Below, piece by piece: positions 18,957 through 28,513 of a stretch of DNA of 59,308 nucleotides. A model generated the notes under the pieces. It was not told the origin of the DNA. It did not search any database and was given only the letters and a program-made list of their open reading frames with translations. Source of the stretch: a virus (taxonomy: Duplodnaviria > Caudoviricetes); the IMG/VR virus record IMGVR_UViG_3300020472_000025, positions 1-59,308 of that record; one strand, 5' to 3'. Position numbers and translations under genes: made by a program. Position 1 is the stretch's first letter. The number at the start of each line of letters is the position of its first letter.

Positions 18957-20306
18957 ATGTTTAATTCAGAATCATTGCAGGAAAAGTGGGAACCCATTCT
19001 AGAGCATTCCGAGATCGATGGGATCAAGGACAAGTATAGAAAGGCCGTTACCTCCGTCCTGTTAGAAAACCAAGAAAGATTCCTCAGGGAGGAGGCTGGC
19101 GTTCTTAACGAAGCCGCTCCTACTATGAGCGCAGGTACTGCTGGATTCAGTGGTTCCTCCACCGCTACAGGTCCTGTTGCTGGTTTCGACCCAGTTTTGA
19201 TTAGTCTAATCAGACGCTCAATGCCTAAGCTTATTGCTTATGACATTGCTGGTGTTCAGCCTATGACTGGTCCTACTGGTTTGATCTTCGCAATGAGATC
19301 ACGCTACGGTACAACACGTACAGGTACTTCCAACGAAGCATTCTTTAACGAAGCAGATACAGAGTTCTCAGCAGAGAACGCTGCAAGCGACCTAGGTAGA
19401 ACTGCACAAGCAGGATCTAACCCAGGACTTCTTAACGCTTCTGGAACCTATAACACTTCAGACGGCATGCCAACGGCAGAGGCTGAAGCATTAGGTGATG
19501 CTGCTGGAAACCAGTTCGCTGAAATGAACTTCAGCATTGAGAAGGTAACAGTGACCGCTAAGTCACGTGCCCTCAAAGCTGAGTACAGTTTAGAATTGGC
19601 TCAAGACCTTAAGGCAGTTCACGGACTAGACGCTGAGTCTGAACTCGCAAACATCCTCTCAACAGAGGTTCTTGCTGAGATCAACCGTGAAGTAGTTAGA
19701 ACTGTTTACAAGATCGCACGTCCAGGCGCACAGAACAACACAGCAACCGCTGGTATCTTTGACCTAGACGTTGACTCCAATGGTAGATGGTCAGTTGAGA
19801 AGTTTAAGGGTCTACTCTTTAACATCGAACGAGACATGAACGCAATCGGGCATGAAACTCGTCGTGGAAAGGGTAACATCTTGATCTGCTCTGCCGACGT
19901 TGCTTCTGCACTATCAATGGCTGGCGTTCTTGATTACACTCCTGCTCTTGCTGGTAACAGCAACTTGCTCCCAGATGACAACAGCAGCACACTTGCTGGA
20001 ACTCTGAACGGACGCATCAAGGTCTATGTTGACCCTTACTCTGCTAACGTAAGTGATCGTCACTTCTACGTTGCTGGATACAAAGGTTCTTCTGCCTATG
20101 ACGCTGGACTGTTTTACTGCCCATACGTTCCACTACAGATGGTTCGTGCCGTTGGTCAGGACACCTTCCAACCAAAAATTGGCTTTAAGACTCGTTATGG
20201 CATGGTTGCCAACCCATTCGCTGAGGGAACTGCTCAGGGAAGTGGTGCTCTTACTGCTAATGCAAACCGTTATTACAGACGTACTCTTGTTGACAACCTT
20301 ATGTAA
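18957..20306 (+). CDS. gp23: Major capsid protein gp23
   Basis: LLENQE, LIRRSMPKLIAYDIAGVQPMTGPTGLIFAMR, KSRALKAEYSLELAQDLKAVHG, FQPKIGFKTRYG. Confidence 0.99.
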   Translation: MFNSESLQEKWEPILEHSEIDGIKDKYRKAVTSVLLENQERFLREEAGVLNEAAPTMSAGTAGFSGSSTATGPVAGFDPVLISLIRRSMPKLIAYDIAGVQPMTGPTGLIFAMRSRYGTTRTGTSNEAFFNEADTEFSAENAASDLGRTAQAGSNPGLLNASGTYNTSDGMPTAEAEALGDAAGNQFAEMNFSIEKVTVTAKSRALKAEYSLELAQDLKAVHGLDAESELANILSTEVLAEINREVVRTVYKIARPGAQNNTATAGIFDLDVDSNGRWSVEKFKGLLFNIERDMNAIGHETRRGKGNILICSADVASALSMAGVLDYTPALAGNSNLLPDDNSSTLAGTLNGRIKVYVDPYSANVSDRHFYVAGYKGSSAYDAGLFYCPYVPLQMVRAVGQDTFQPKIGFKTRYGMVANPFAEGTAQGSGALTANANRYYRRTLVDNLM

Positions 20307-20330
20307 GGTTATGCTCATACAAGCATTTAA

Positions 20331-20355
20331 AGAGACCCCTGCGGGGGTCTTTTTT
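20331..20355 (+). terminator. Intrinsic terminator after gp23
   Basis: AGACCCC-tgcg-GGGGTCT followed by a T-run. Confidence 0.85.
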
Positions 20356-20366
20356 ATGTGCTATAC

Positions 20367-20374
20367 TATAAATA
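20367..20374 (+). promoter_or_regulatory. Late promoter TATAAATA
   Basis: Exact consensus just after the terminator. Confidence 0.8.
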
Positions 20375-20398
20375 CTAGGTATCACATAGGTACTAGCC

Positions 20399-20563
20399 AT
20401 GAACGGCAGACTGGACAAGGTTACAATGACCCACAAGCTCATGCGACTCAAGAATGAGTTGGAAGACAAATGTCAAAGAAATGAGATGGGAGAATGGGAG
20501 TGTATAGGAGCAGACAGGTACCTAAATAAGACACTAGAGATCCTAGACGAGTACTATATGTAA
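20399..20563 (+). CDS. Small hypothetical protein, 54 aa (not in ORF track)
   Basis: MNGRLDKVTMTHKLMRLKNEL...LDEYYM*; follows a late promoter. Confidence 0.65.
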   Translation: MNGRLDKVTMTHKLMRLKNELEDKCQRNEMGEWECIGADRYLNKTLEILDEYYM

Positions 20564-20572
20564 TGAGACATC

Positions 20573-20890
20573 ATGACACCGATAGACAACGTTTACACCA
20601 AGAAGGAGGTAGACGCTCTTATTGACGCAGCTGTTGCCGAAGCACGGGCAATAGATGAAGCATCAATGGCAGAGCACAATTTTAAGGCGACTATTATTAG
20701 TATGATTCTCGGATTCATCTGTCTGGCATTATTTGTAGATGGTTTATTAAGAATTTTAGGTATTATCCCACCCTTTATGGACTTGGATGTAAACGTAATA
20801 GACAATATTGTAGAAGAAGTTAGTCAAAGAGTGGAGAGTGATGTCATTCCTTTGGTTAAGCAAGGAGCTAAATATATACCAAGGATATGA
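20573..20890 (+). CDS. Hypothetical membrane protein
   Basis: IISMILGFICLALFVDGLLRILGIIPPF hydrophobic segment. Confidence 0.7.
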   Translation: MTPIDNVYTKKEVDALIDAAVAEARAIDEASMAEHNFKATIISMILGFICLALFVDGLLRILGIIPPFMDLDVNVIDNIVEEVSQRVESDVIPLVKQGAKYIPRI

Positions 20891-20997
20891 TTGATACTTC
20901 ACCCGATTCTATTAGGACAATTGCCATAATTGTATTGGGTATAGTGTGGTTTTATCTCTTTAACCAGTGGTTAAGAGAACCAAAAGATGATGATTAA
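20887..20997 (+). CDS. Small membrane peptide, 36 aa
   Basis: MIDTSPDSIRTIAIIVLGIVWFYLFNQWLREPKDDD*; ATGA overlap. Confidence 0.5.
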   Translation: MIDTSPDSIRTIAIIVLGIVWFYLFNQWLREPKDDD

Positions 20998-21322
20998 CTT
21001 TCTATTTGTAGCAACCTCACTGTACCTACTAGTGCAAGCTTTTAGGTTAATGGCTGGTGCATGGAATCTTAATACACCTGAGGTTGATCCCACTAAACCT
21101 GTAGTTACTAAGAAAACTATCACTAAACCTGTTCATCCAGAGATGGTTGATGTTAAACCAGGTGATGAGTTGATGGGTGTTACGTTTGCTAAGATCCCAC
21201 CACCCACTAGTGACCCATTACATGAGTCATTACGTAAAAGAATTACAGAACTAACCCCAGATCCATGGATTGATGAAGAAGATGATGATGACGGTGGAGC
21301 ACCTGTACCAGCAAGGAGATAA
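20987..21322 (+). CDS. DUF2973-like membrane-anchored protein
   Basis: N-terminal TM ending QAFRLM; HPEMxDVxxGDELMGVTF. Confidence 0.6.
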   Translation: MMINFLFVATSLYLLVQAFRLMAGAWNLNTPEVDPTKPVVTKKTITKPVHPEMVDVKPGDELMGVTFAKIPPPTSDPLHESLRKRITELTPDPWIDEEDDDDGGAPVPARR

Positions 21323-21325
21323 ATA

Positions 21326-21478
21326 ATGTTAACTAAAGATGATCGATGTAGAATTAGCATCATAGCCTGTAAGGTTCGCCTTAACAGAGATGTTACTCTT
21401 AAAGATATGTTATGGGCAACAGAACTCTGTGAAGTGAGTGAGCAAGCACAGGGTATATGGGATAGGACAGTTCTATGA
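21326..21478 (+). CDS. Small hypothetical protein, 50 aa
   Basis: AAGGAG RBS; MLTKDDRCRISIIACKVRLNRDVTLKDMLWA...; ATGA overlap with gp3. Confidence 0.6.
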   Translation: MLTKDDRCRISIIACKVRLNRDVTLKDMLWATELCEVSEQAQGIWDRTVL

Positions 21479-22083
21479 CCAGTAGTTACGAAGAAGGTGG
21501 ACAAAAAGCGACTAGTTGGAATAGTCAGATAGAGAATAGGAATTTCCTGTCACCTATCGGATTTAGATTTGTCTTGGCAGATTTTCCAAAGATCGCTTAC
21601 TTCTCACAGTCTGCAAATATTCCTGGTATTGGTGTTAATACTGTAGAACAACCCACTATGTTGGGTAGACCTATACCATGGGATTCACATGGTCTTAATT
21701 ATGAACCATTTAATTTAAACTTCTTAGTTGATGAGAACCTAGAGAACTATCTTATACTACACAACTGGATCAGAGGTTTGGGTATAGGTGAAGACTTCAT
21801 AGAACGAACAGAATTAGAAGCAACATCTCTAGAGTCAAGACCTCTATCAGGACATGGTAGGATAGTAAATCCACGTGCTGATGGATCTCTTGCTATACTA
21901 AACAGCAATTTCCAAACAAATTTCTGGGTAACATTTAAAGATATGTTCCCAGTGTCCCTTAACGCATTGGAATTTAGTGCTACAATAGATGGTACAGAGT
22001 ATGCTATGGCACAAGCATCATTTAGATACACCAGCTATAACATAACTGACACATACAATAAGCGACGTAAGCAATTAGAATGA
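21475..22083 (+). CDS. gp3: Tail completion/tube terminator gp3
   Basis: NRNFLSPIGFRF, ANIPGI, FLVDENLENY, FKDMFPVSL; upstream of uvsY. Confidence 0.9.
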   Translation: MTSSYEEGGQKATSWNSQIENRNFLSPIGFRFVLADFPKIAYFSQSANIPGIGVNTVEQPTMLGRPIPWDSHGLNYEPFNLNFLVDENLENYLILHNWIRGLGIGEDFIERTELEATSLESRPLSGHGRIVNPRADGSLAILNSNFQTNFWVTFKDMFPVSLNALEFSATIDGTEYAMAQASFRYTSYNITDTYNKRRKQLE

Positions 22084-22502
22084 ATCTTGATGAAATTCGT
22101 GATATGTGGAGGGAGGACTGTAAGATTGACCAGAACGACCTCGACACTGAAAATTTTAAAGTCACCGTTATCCATGAGAAATATTTAAACATCTGGTCTC
22201 AATTCAGACTGATGCTTTCTGATGCAGAAGCACGGTGTAGAAGAACTTATAAAGAAAAATTTGAGTATTACTCTGGGAAAGCACCCGCTCAAGTATACAA
22301 AGAAAAACCCTTTAACCTTAAGGTACTAAAAGGAGATCTTACTACGTATATCTGGGCAGATGAAGAGTACCTTAGAAGTAAGCAGAAAATAGACTACCTA
22401 GAAACTTGTATAAATTATTTGGAGAACATTCTTAAGCAGTGCTCCAATAGGGGTTTCCAAATAAAGAACGTTATCGAACTTAAAAAGTATGCAGAGTATT
22501 GA
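22080..22502 (+). CDS. uvsY: Recombination mediator UvsY
   Basis: MW.ED.KID, HEKYL, YYSGKA, NRGFQIKN. Confidence 0.92.
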   Translation: MNLDEIRDMWREDCKIDQNDLDTENFKVTVIHEKYLNIWSQFRLMLSDAEARCRRTYKEKFEYYSGKAPAQVYKEKPFNLKVLKGDLTTYIWADEEYLRSKQKIDYLETCINYLENILKQCSNRGFQIKNVIELKKYAEY

Positions 22503-22504
22503 CG

Positions 22505-23965
22505 ATGACGGTTATCAAGAAGAAGAACGAAGTTTATCTTAAGGTAACCACAGAACCTCATGTACATAAGGAACTGAGTGAGCACTTCATGTTTGATGTG
22601 CCAGGTGCTAAGTACATGCCAGCGTATCAAAAGTTTAAATGGGACGGAAAGATCAGACTATATTCTCCTGGAACAGGTGAAATATATGCTGGTCTTTTTG
22701 ATTATGTTGCTGACTTTTTAGAAAAGAAAGGATATGAATACAGTATAGAGGAAAGTGATTATGGAAAACCAACCGATACCGAATCTATCATATCACCTGA
22801 GGCTGTCACGGGCTATGTGCGAACTCTGGGACTACCATTTAAACCAAGAGACTACCAGTTACGAGCAATTTATCAAGCACTTAGGTATAATAGGAAGGTT
22901 CTATTATCACCCACAGGATCGGGAAAATCCCTGATAATATATGCTATAGTGAGGTGGCATCTGGATGGTTGGTATAGGAATTGTTTAATTATAGTACCTA
23001 CTGTCTCTCTTGTAGAGCAGATGCATAAAGATTTTAAAACATATGGATGGGATTCAGATGATGTACATAAAATCACCGCTGGTTCAGAAAAGTATGTTAA
23101 TCATTCAGTCGTTATTAGTACTTGGCAGAGCATTTATAAGGAACCCCGTAAGTTCTTTAAACGTTTTAGTGTCATTATCGGGGATGAAGCACATCTTTAT
23201 AAAGCGAAGTCACTCGCAGGCATCCTCACAAAATGCCACGATGCCAAATACAGAATTGGATTGACTGGCACATTAGATGGGATGGAGTCTCATCAGTTAG
23301 TGTTGGAAGGTTTGTTTGGTAGAGTGAATAAAGTTACCAAGACAGTAGAACTCATGAAAAAAGGACACCTAACACCACTGAAGGTGTGTGTCCTACTATT
23401 AAAGCATGGTTTTGTACCGTTTGATGACTACCAACAAGAGATGGACTACCTAGTTTCCCATCCAAAACGTAATAATTTAATAATTAATTTAGCATCTGAC
23501 CTCCGTGGCAACACTCTGATCCTTTTTAACTATATCGAGAAGCACGGAGATCCTTTATGGGACTTGCTAAATAGTAAAGTGAAAGACAATCGAAAGATTT
23601 TCTATATTCATGGCGGTGTAGATGCAATGGAGCGTGAAGAAGCACGTCTCATCTGTGAGAAAGAAAAGGATGCTATCATTCTTGCTTCTTATGGTACATT
23701 CTCTACAGGTATTAACATAAAAAACCTACACAATGTGATATTTGCTTCTCCTAGTAAGTCTAGGGTAAGAAATCTTCAGAGTATTGGTAGGGTTCTGAGA
23801 AAGGGTGATAACAAAGCACAAGCGGTACTATATGATATCGCTGACCACTGTGCTAGAGGTTCGAAAAGTAATTATACACTTCGTCATTTGTCTGCAAGGA
23901 TTAAAATATACGAAGAAGAGAACTTTAATTATGAAATCAAAGAAGTTAAGTTAAAACATGATTAA
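22505..23965 (+). CDS. uvsW: UvsW SF2 helicase
   Basis: WDGKIRL, SPTGSGKS, DEAH, GLTGT, QSIGRVLR. Confidence 0.97.
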   Translation: MTVIKKKNEVYLKVTTEPHVHKELSEHFMFDVPGAKYMPAYQKFKWDGKIRLYSPGTGEIYAGLFDYVADFLEKKGYEYSIEESDYGKPTDTESIISPEAVTGYVRTLGLPFKPRDYQLRAIYQALRYNRKVLLSPTGSGKSLIIYAIVRWHLDGWYRNCLIIVPTVSLVEQMHKDFKTYGWDSDDVHKITAGSEKYVNHSVVISTWQSIYKEPRKFFKRFSVIIGDEAHLYKAKSLAGILTKCHDAKYRIGLTGTLDGMESHQLVLEGLFGRVNKVTKTVELMKKGHLTPLKVCVLLLKHGFVPFDDYQQEMDYLVSHPKRNNLIINLASDLRGNTLILFNYIEKHGDPLWDLLNSKVKDNRKIFYIHGGVDAMEREEARLICEKEKDAIILASYGTFSTGINIKNLHNVIFASPSKSRVRNLQSIGRVLRKGDNKAQAVLYDIADHCARGSKSNYTLRHLSARIKIYEEENFNYEIKEVKLKHD

Positions 23966-24410
23966 TTACATACGTCACGATGAACAGTTCTTTGGAACAC
24001 TTAAACTGTCTACTGGGGAAGAAGTCCTCGGTGAACTTCTAGTGTCTCAATGTCCTGAAACTCAGGATGATATGATTTTTATTCAGCATCCCGCTAAAAC
24101 TAAAGTCATTGAGATGGATGAAGCTGGCGAACACAAGGTCGCCGTCGGGTTTATGAAATGGATGAACTTTAGTGATGAAGAATTTTATGTTATAGATGAG
24201 GACGCTGTTGTAAGTATTGCTCCCATGAGTAAGGAAGCGATTAGAATGTATAGTAGATGGGTTAAGAAAGAAATATTACATGAGCCAGAAGTAGAACGAG
24301 GTCAAGTTCCTATTACTCCTAGTATGGGACTGATTGCTAAGGTCGAAGATGCTAGAAAGCATCTAGAGAAGATGTACAAAGAAGAGCCAGAGCGTCCCTC
24401 CAACCCTTAA
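23958..24410 (+). CDS. Conserved hypothetical protein (Sm-like fold) between uvsW and gp55
   Basis: LKLSTGEEVL...KWMNFSDEEF; synteny. Confidence 0.7.
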   Translation: MINYIRHDEQFFGTLKLSTGEEVLGELLVSQCPETQDDMIFIQHPAKTKVIEMDEAGEHKVAVGFMKWMNFSDEEFYVIDEDAVVSIAPMSKEAIRMYSRWVKKEILHEPEVERGQVPITPSMGLIAKVEDARKHLEKMYKEEPERPSNP

Positions 24411-24431
24411 CAGTGTTGATCATAATTAATT

Positions 24432-24485
24432 CTTGACGGGTTGTCAAGCCCCCTTGATTTTTTGACTGTCTTCGTGTAATATAAT
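24432..24485 (+). promoter_or_regulatory. Sigma70-like promoter region for gp55 with CTTGAC/GTCAAG inverted repeat
   Basis: cttgac-gggtt-gtcaag; TTGATT-17nt-TAATAT and TATAAT at 24480. Confidence 0.45.
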
Positions 24486-24503
24486 GTTAACCGTGAAAAC
24501 AAT

Positions 24504-24995
24504 ATGACTGTACTTATGCCACGGAAATCCACCAAGAAAAAAGAACATTACGTGGACAATAAGAAGTTCCTTCACGAGCTGATTATATACCGTAATAAGA
24601 TCGCACAAGCTGCTGAGGCAGGCGATCCCAAACCTCGTGTAACGAATTACATCGGGGAATGTTTTCTAAAGATAGCAACTCATTTATCCTATCGTCCTAA
24701 CTTTATAAATTATATGTATCGTGAAGATATGATAGGGGATGGAATCGAGAATTGCATCCAATACATACACAATTTTGATCCAGAGAAATCCTCCAATCCG
24801 TTTGCATACTTTACCCAAATAGTCTACTACGCTTATCTAAGGAGAATTGCCAAGGAGAAGCGTCAGCAAGCAATCAGGGAAAAAATATTAGAGAGAAAGG
24901 GGTTCGAAGAGGTTTTCCACTCAGATACTAATGATAATCATTCCGATATGAACTACATTAAATCTAGAGTAGAAAGTAACACCCGCTATGGCTAA
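24504..24995 (+). CDS. gp55: Late-transcription sigma factor gp55
   Basis: HYVDNKKF, YIGECFLKIATHLSYRPNF, NPFAYFTQI. Confidence 0.97.
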   Translation: MTVLMPRKSTKKKEHYVDNKKFLHELIIYRNKIAQAAEAGDPKPRVTNYIGECFLKIATHLSYRPNFINYMYREDMIGDGIENCIQYIHNFDPEKSSNPFAYFTQIVYYAYLRRIAKEKRQQAIREKILERKGFEEVFHSDTNDNHSDMNYIKSRVESNTRYG

Positions 24996-25164
24996 AAAAG
25001 AAGTTCATCGCAACTTCACAATCGAGCAGTGCTCAAAAGGATTGTGGAGGAGTTTTGACCTGGATGGGAATCCAGTGCTCAGTTCTCTAACCAAAGACCA
25101 TTTAATAATGATAACATCATGGAAACTAAATCGAGACGAGACAGAAGGATTACTCTCCTCGTAG
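24988..25164 (+). CDS. Small hypothetical protein, 58 aa
   Basis: MAKKEVHRNFTIEQCSKGLWRSFDLDG...; tiles the gp55-gp47 gap. Confidence 0.5.
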   Translation: MAKKEVHRNFTIEQCSKGLWRSFDLDGNPVLSSLTKDHLIMITSWKLNRDETEGLLSS

Positions 25165-25289
25165 AGGAGCTACGTGTACTGACAGAAGGTGAAGTGGCAC
25201 ACTCGACAACTCTCGATTCTCGTGGTAGAATGTCCAAGAAGATCGTTGTAGAGTATGACATCCAGCAAAAAGATACTGCTGATAACTGA
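25119..25289 (+). CDS. Small hypothetical protein, 56 aa
   Basis: METKSRRDRR...DSRGRMSKKIVVEYD; tiles the gp55-gp47 gap. Confidence 0.5.
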   Translation: METKSRRDRRITLLVEELRVLTEGEVAHSTTLDSRGRMSKKIVVEYDIQQKDTADN

Positions 25290-26295
25290 TCAGCATTTCG
25301 GTGTTCGCAATGATAGTCAGTACTATGTGTCAAAATATCGTACCTTTTATGAAGGTACAGTTTTGCCGTACATAGATAAAAATAAGATTGACACTATAAT
25401 ATGTCTAGGTGATACTTTCGATAGACGTAAGTATGTCAATTTCCATTCACTAGATGCAGCAAAGGAAATGTGGTTTGATCCTCTACAGGAGAGGGGAGTC
25501 CACATGTATATGCTCATCGGCAATCATGACATATACTATAAGAATACTCTTAGAGTTAATTCCCCAGAGCTACTCCTATCAGAGTACTCGAACATTGATG
25601 TGGTATCTAGTCCACGGGAATTACATATTGGTGGGTGCGATTTTCTTCTTCTACCTTGGATATGTGACGAGAACCGAGCAGAATCTACAAAGAGCATCAC
25701 TGAAAGTACTGCAAGCATCTGTCTTGGGCATCTTGAGCTTAACGGTTTTGAGGCTGTTCCTGGACATACCATGGAGCACGGAGATGACCCAAACATATTC
25801 GATAAATTTCAGTTAGTATGTACTGGACACTTCCATATGAGAAGTCGGAAGAAGAACATACAGTATTTGGGTAACCCGTACCAACTATATTGGAATGATT
25901 ACGGTCAGGAAAGAGGGTTCCATGTAATAAATACTAGTAGTAAGAGGTTATCTTTTATTAAGAATCCTAACAGGATGTTCCATAAGATCATCTATAAGGA
26001 TGCTGAGACTTCTAAGATCAATTATAATGAGTTGGAAGGTTGTTATGTGAAGTTGATCGTTGAGACTAAGGAGGATCAAGTTCTATTCGACAAGACCCTC
26101 AAGAAGATCAATGAATCTAATGTTGCTGATCTTAAAATTATAGAAGATCAGTTCGTATATCTGGAAGACATTGATGATTCTATAGAGTCTGAAGACACTC
26201 TTGCTATACTACAGAAATGTGTTAGTGAAATTGATAATAAAGATGAGATATTTGCTGTATTAAAGTCATTGTATGTGGAGGCTCTCAGAATATAA
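25255..26295 (+). CDS. gp47: Recombination endonuclease gp47 (Mre11/SbcD-like)
   Basis: TDQHFG, LGDTFDRRK, GNHD, GHFH phosphoesterase motifs. Confidence 0.97.
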   Translation: MTSSKKILLITDQHFGVRNDSQYYVSKYRTFYEGTVLPYIDKNKIDTIICLGDTFDRRKYVNFHSLDAAKEMWFDPLQERGVHMYMLIGNHDIYYKNTLRVNSPELLLSEYSNIDVVSSPRELHIGGCDFLLLPWICDENRAESTKSITESTASICLGHLELNGFEAVPGHTMEHGDDPNIFDKFQLVCTGHFHMRSRKKNIQYLGNPYQLYWNDYGQERGFHVINTSSKRLSFIKNPNRMFHKIIYKDAETSKINYNELEGCYVKLIVETKEDQVLFDKTLKKINESNVADLKIIEDQFVYLEDIDDSIESEDTLAILQKCVSEIDNKDEIFAVLKSLYVEALRI

Positions 26296-26561
26296 TGTTT
26301 GTTCTGGTTGACAAAAACTCAGGAGGGGTGTATGCTGTCAGGGATGATGGCTTAAAGGAACGTGTTGTACAAATTTTCTCAGAATCGGATGATGCTGAGA
26401 GATATTATGGGCATTTGATTGCCAATGATTACAAACGCCAACTTAAAGTAATGGAGATAGAAGAGGGTGATGTTAAACGTAACTGCAACCAATTCGGATA
26501 CCATTACTCAATCATCCAACCTGATGACATAGTGTTTCCACCGATACATGATAACCTTTGA
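26295..26561 (+). CDS. Conserved hypothetical protein (DUF3110-like) between gp47 and gp46
   Basis: GVYAV...DDAERY...DDIVFPP. Confidence 0.65.
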   Translation: MFVLVDKNSGGVYAVRDDGLKERVVQIFSESDDAERYYGHLIANDYKRQLKVMEIEEGDVKRNCNQFGYHYSIIQPDDIVFPPIHDNL

Positions 26562-28266
26562 GAAGATCCGTTGGAAGAATTTTCTGTCAACAGGACAGCA
26601 GTTCACTGAGTTAAACTTAAACGATTCCAGCAGCACCCTTATTATTGGATCTAATGGCGCAGGGAAGTCTACCATACTAGACGCTCTGTGCTTTGTGCTG
26701 TTTAATAAACCTTTTAGGAAAGTCAGTAAGAGTCAGTTGATCAATAGTGTCAATGAAAAGGATACTCTAGTTGAGGTTGAGTTCCTTGTGGGAACTGTTA
26801 AATATAAAGTAGTAAGAGGAATGAAACCAAATGTATTTGAGATCTATAGGAATACTGAACTCGTTGACCAAGATGCTGCCCAGAAGGACTACCAAAAGTT
26901 CCTCGAACAATCAGTACTCAAACTCAACTACAAGTCCTTTACACAAGTCGTCATCCTCGGATCATCCACATTTATCCCATTCATGCAACTCGGAGCAAGT
27001 CACAGGAGAGAAGTTATCGAAGATATACTGGACATCCAGATCTTCTCCCAAATGAATTTCCTCCTAAAGGAAAGAGTTAGAGATATTAAAGAAGAACAAC
27101 GGCAGTGTGAATATGAATTAGAAATAGCACTGCAAAAGGTCAACATGCAGAGGAAAAACATAGAGAATCTGGAGAAGGTTGATCAAGAGCACACTGCTAT
27201 TGCTCAGGATAAGTTTAAAGACAATGAAGATAGGGTTAAGGAGATCAAACTTAAGGTTAAGTCCCTTGATAAGGAGATATCTGAGATCACTCCTAGAATA
27301 TTACTGTTGGATAGGTCTATAGAGAAGCATGAGAAGTATAAAGTCATGCGAACTAAGTTGCATTCCAAGAAAGAGAATGCTACTAAAGATATTAAATTTT
27401 TTGAGGAGAATGATACCTGTCCTGTATGTACTCAGACCATAGATTCTGACCTAAAAACAGAGAAAATAGGGTCATTATCCAGTAAGGTGGATGAGTTTAA
27501 GGTAGCACACAGTCAGATCACTGAACATATACATACAATCTCAGATGAGGTCAGGGAACTGAGAGCACAGGCCGAAGTTGTGAACGGATATAGGTATGAA
27601 ATACAGGCATTAACCAAGGAGGAGGTGAAACTTCTCAAGGAGAACACCAGCATCATGACTGGTATGGGTAGTGACAGTACTAGTTTGGAGTCAGAGAGAC
27701 AGGATTTGGTACGATTTGAGCACAAATTGGGTGAAAAGGAGGAATTTTGTGCCAATGTGAACAAGCAGGGTGACAATCTAAAAACTGTCACCACTTTGTT
27801 GCGAGACGGTGGGATCAAGACTAAGATAGTATCGAAGTTTATCCCCATAATTAACCAAAAAATCAATAAATACCTCACAAGTATGGATTTCTACGTGAAT
27901 TTCACGTTGGATGAAAACTTTAACGAGAAGATACTATCTAGATTCAGAGATGATTTCTCTTATGCATCCTTTTCAGAGGGTGAAAAGCAGAAAATTGATC
28001 TAGCACTACTGTTTACATGGCGAGAGATCGCTAAGATGAAGAACAGTGCAAGTACCAACCTCCTAATACTTGATGAAGTTTTTGATTCTTCCTTAGATCA
28101 GGGTAGTACTGATGAACTAATGAAGATATTGAGGGGTTTAGGTAAAGATGCTAACCTTTTTGTCATCTCTCACAAGGGTGATATACTATTAGACAAATTT
28201 GACAGGCTAGTATCCTTCGAAAAACAATCTGACTTCTCTCTAATGAAGATCCATGACGACACCTAA
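26548..28266 (+). CDS. gp46: Recombination ATPase gp46 (Rad50/SbcC-like)
   Basis: GSNGAGKST, CPVC zinc hook, FSEGEK, LILDEVFD. Confidence 0.97.
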   Translation: MITFEKIRWKNFLSTGQQFTELNLNDSSSTLIIGSNGAGKSTILDALCFVLFNKPFRKVSKSQLINSVNEKDTLVEVEFLVGTVKYKVVRGMKPNVFEIYRNTELVDQDAAQKDYQKFLEQSVLKLNYKSFTQVVILGSSTFIPFMQLGASHRREVIEDILDIQIFSQMNFLLKERVRDIKEEQRQCEYELEIALQKVNMQRKNIENLEKVDQEHTAIAQDKFKDNEDRVKEIKLKVKSLDKEISEITPRILLLDRSIEKHEKYKVMRTKLHSKKENATKDIKFFEENDTCPVCTQTIDSDLKTEKIGSLSSKVDEFKVAHSQITEHIHTISDEVRELRAQAEVVNGYRYEIQALTKEEVKLLKENTSIMTGMGSDSTSLESERQDLVRFEHKLGEKEEFCANVNKQGDNLKTVTTLLRDGGIKTKIVSKFIPIINQKINKYLTSMDFYVNFTLDENFNEKILSRFRDDFSYASFSEGEKQKIDLALLFTWREIAKMKNSASTNLLILDEVFDSSLDQGSTDELMKILRGLGKDANLFVISHKGDILLDKFDRLVSFEKQSDFSLMKIHDDT

Positions 28267-28513
28267 CTGGCAACACAATTCGGGGAAGCCACCGAAGCGA
28301 AAACTTAAACCACAAGCACTCCGAAGTGCAAGAGAAAGGCGTAGACAGTTGATAAAGTGTCTACTAAAGACCTCCGATCCTCGTCGGGGGTCTTATAATG
28401 TGTACATACATACGAAATCACATGAGTACAGACATCAAAGGAACCCTAGCAAAACTACTTGCCACAGAGAACCTGTTGGTAGAGCACAAGAATGTGGAGA
28501 CAGCATCCTTTGA
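28253..28513 (+). CDS. Small basic hypothetical protein
   Basis: NWQHNSGKPPKRKLKPQALRSARERRRQL; 3' part overlaps the next promoter and gene. Confidence 0.5.
   Translation: MTTPNWQHNSGKPPKRKLKPQALRSARERRRQLIKCLLKTSDPRRGSYNVYIHTKSHEYRHQRNPSKTTCHREPVGRAQECGDSIL
28341..28399 (+). promoter_or_regulatory. Cyanomyovirus early-type promoter copy 1 (GTGTCYAC-N29-TATAAT)
   Basis: GTAGACAG..GTGTCTAC 28357, TATAAT 28394; an 11-bp hairpin lies in the spacer. Confidence 0.7.

Noticed and set aside
23568-25933. TAAATA hexamers inside uvsW and gp47
   Set aside because: A short AT-rich motif inside coding sequence cannot be distinguished from chance without TSS data
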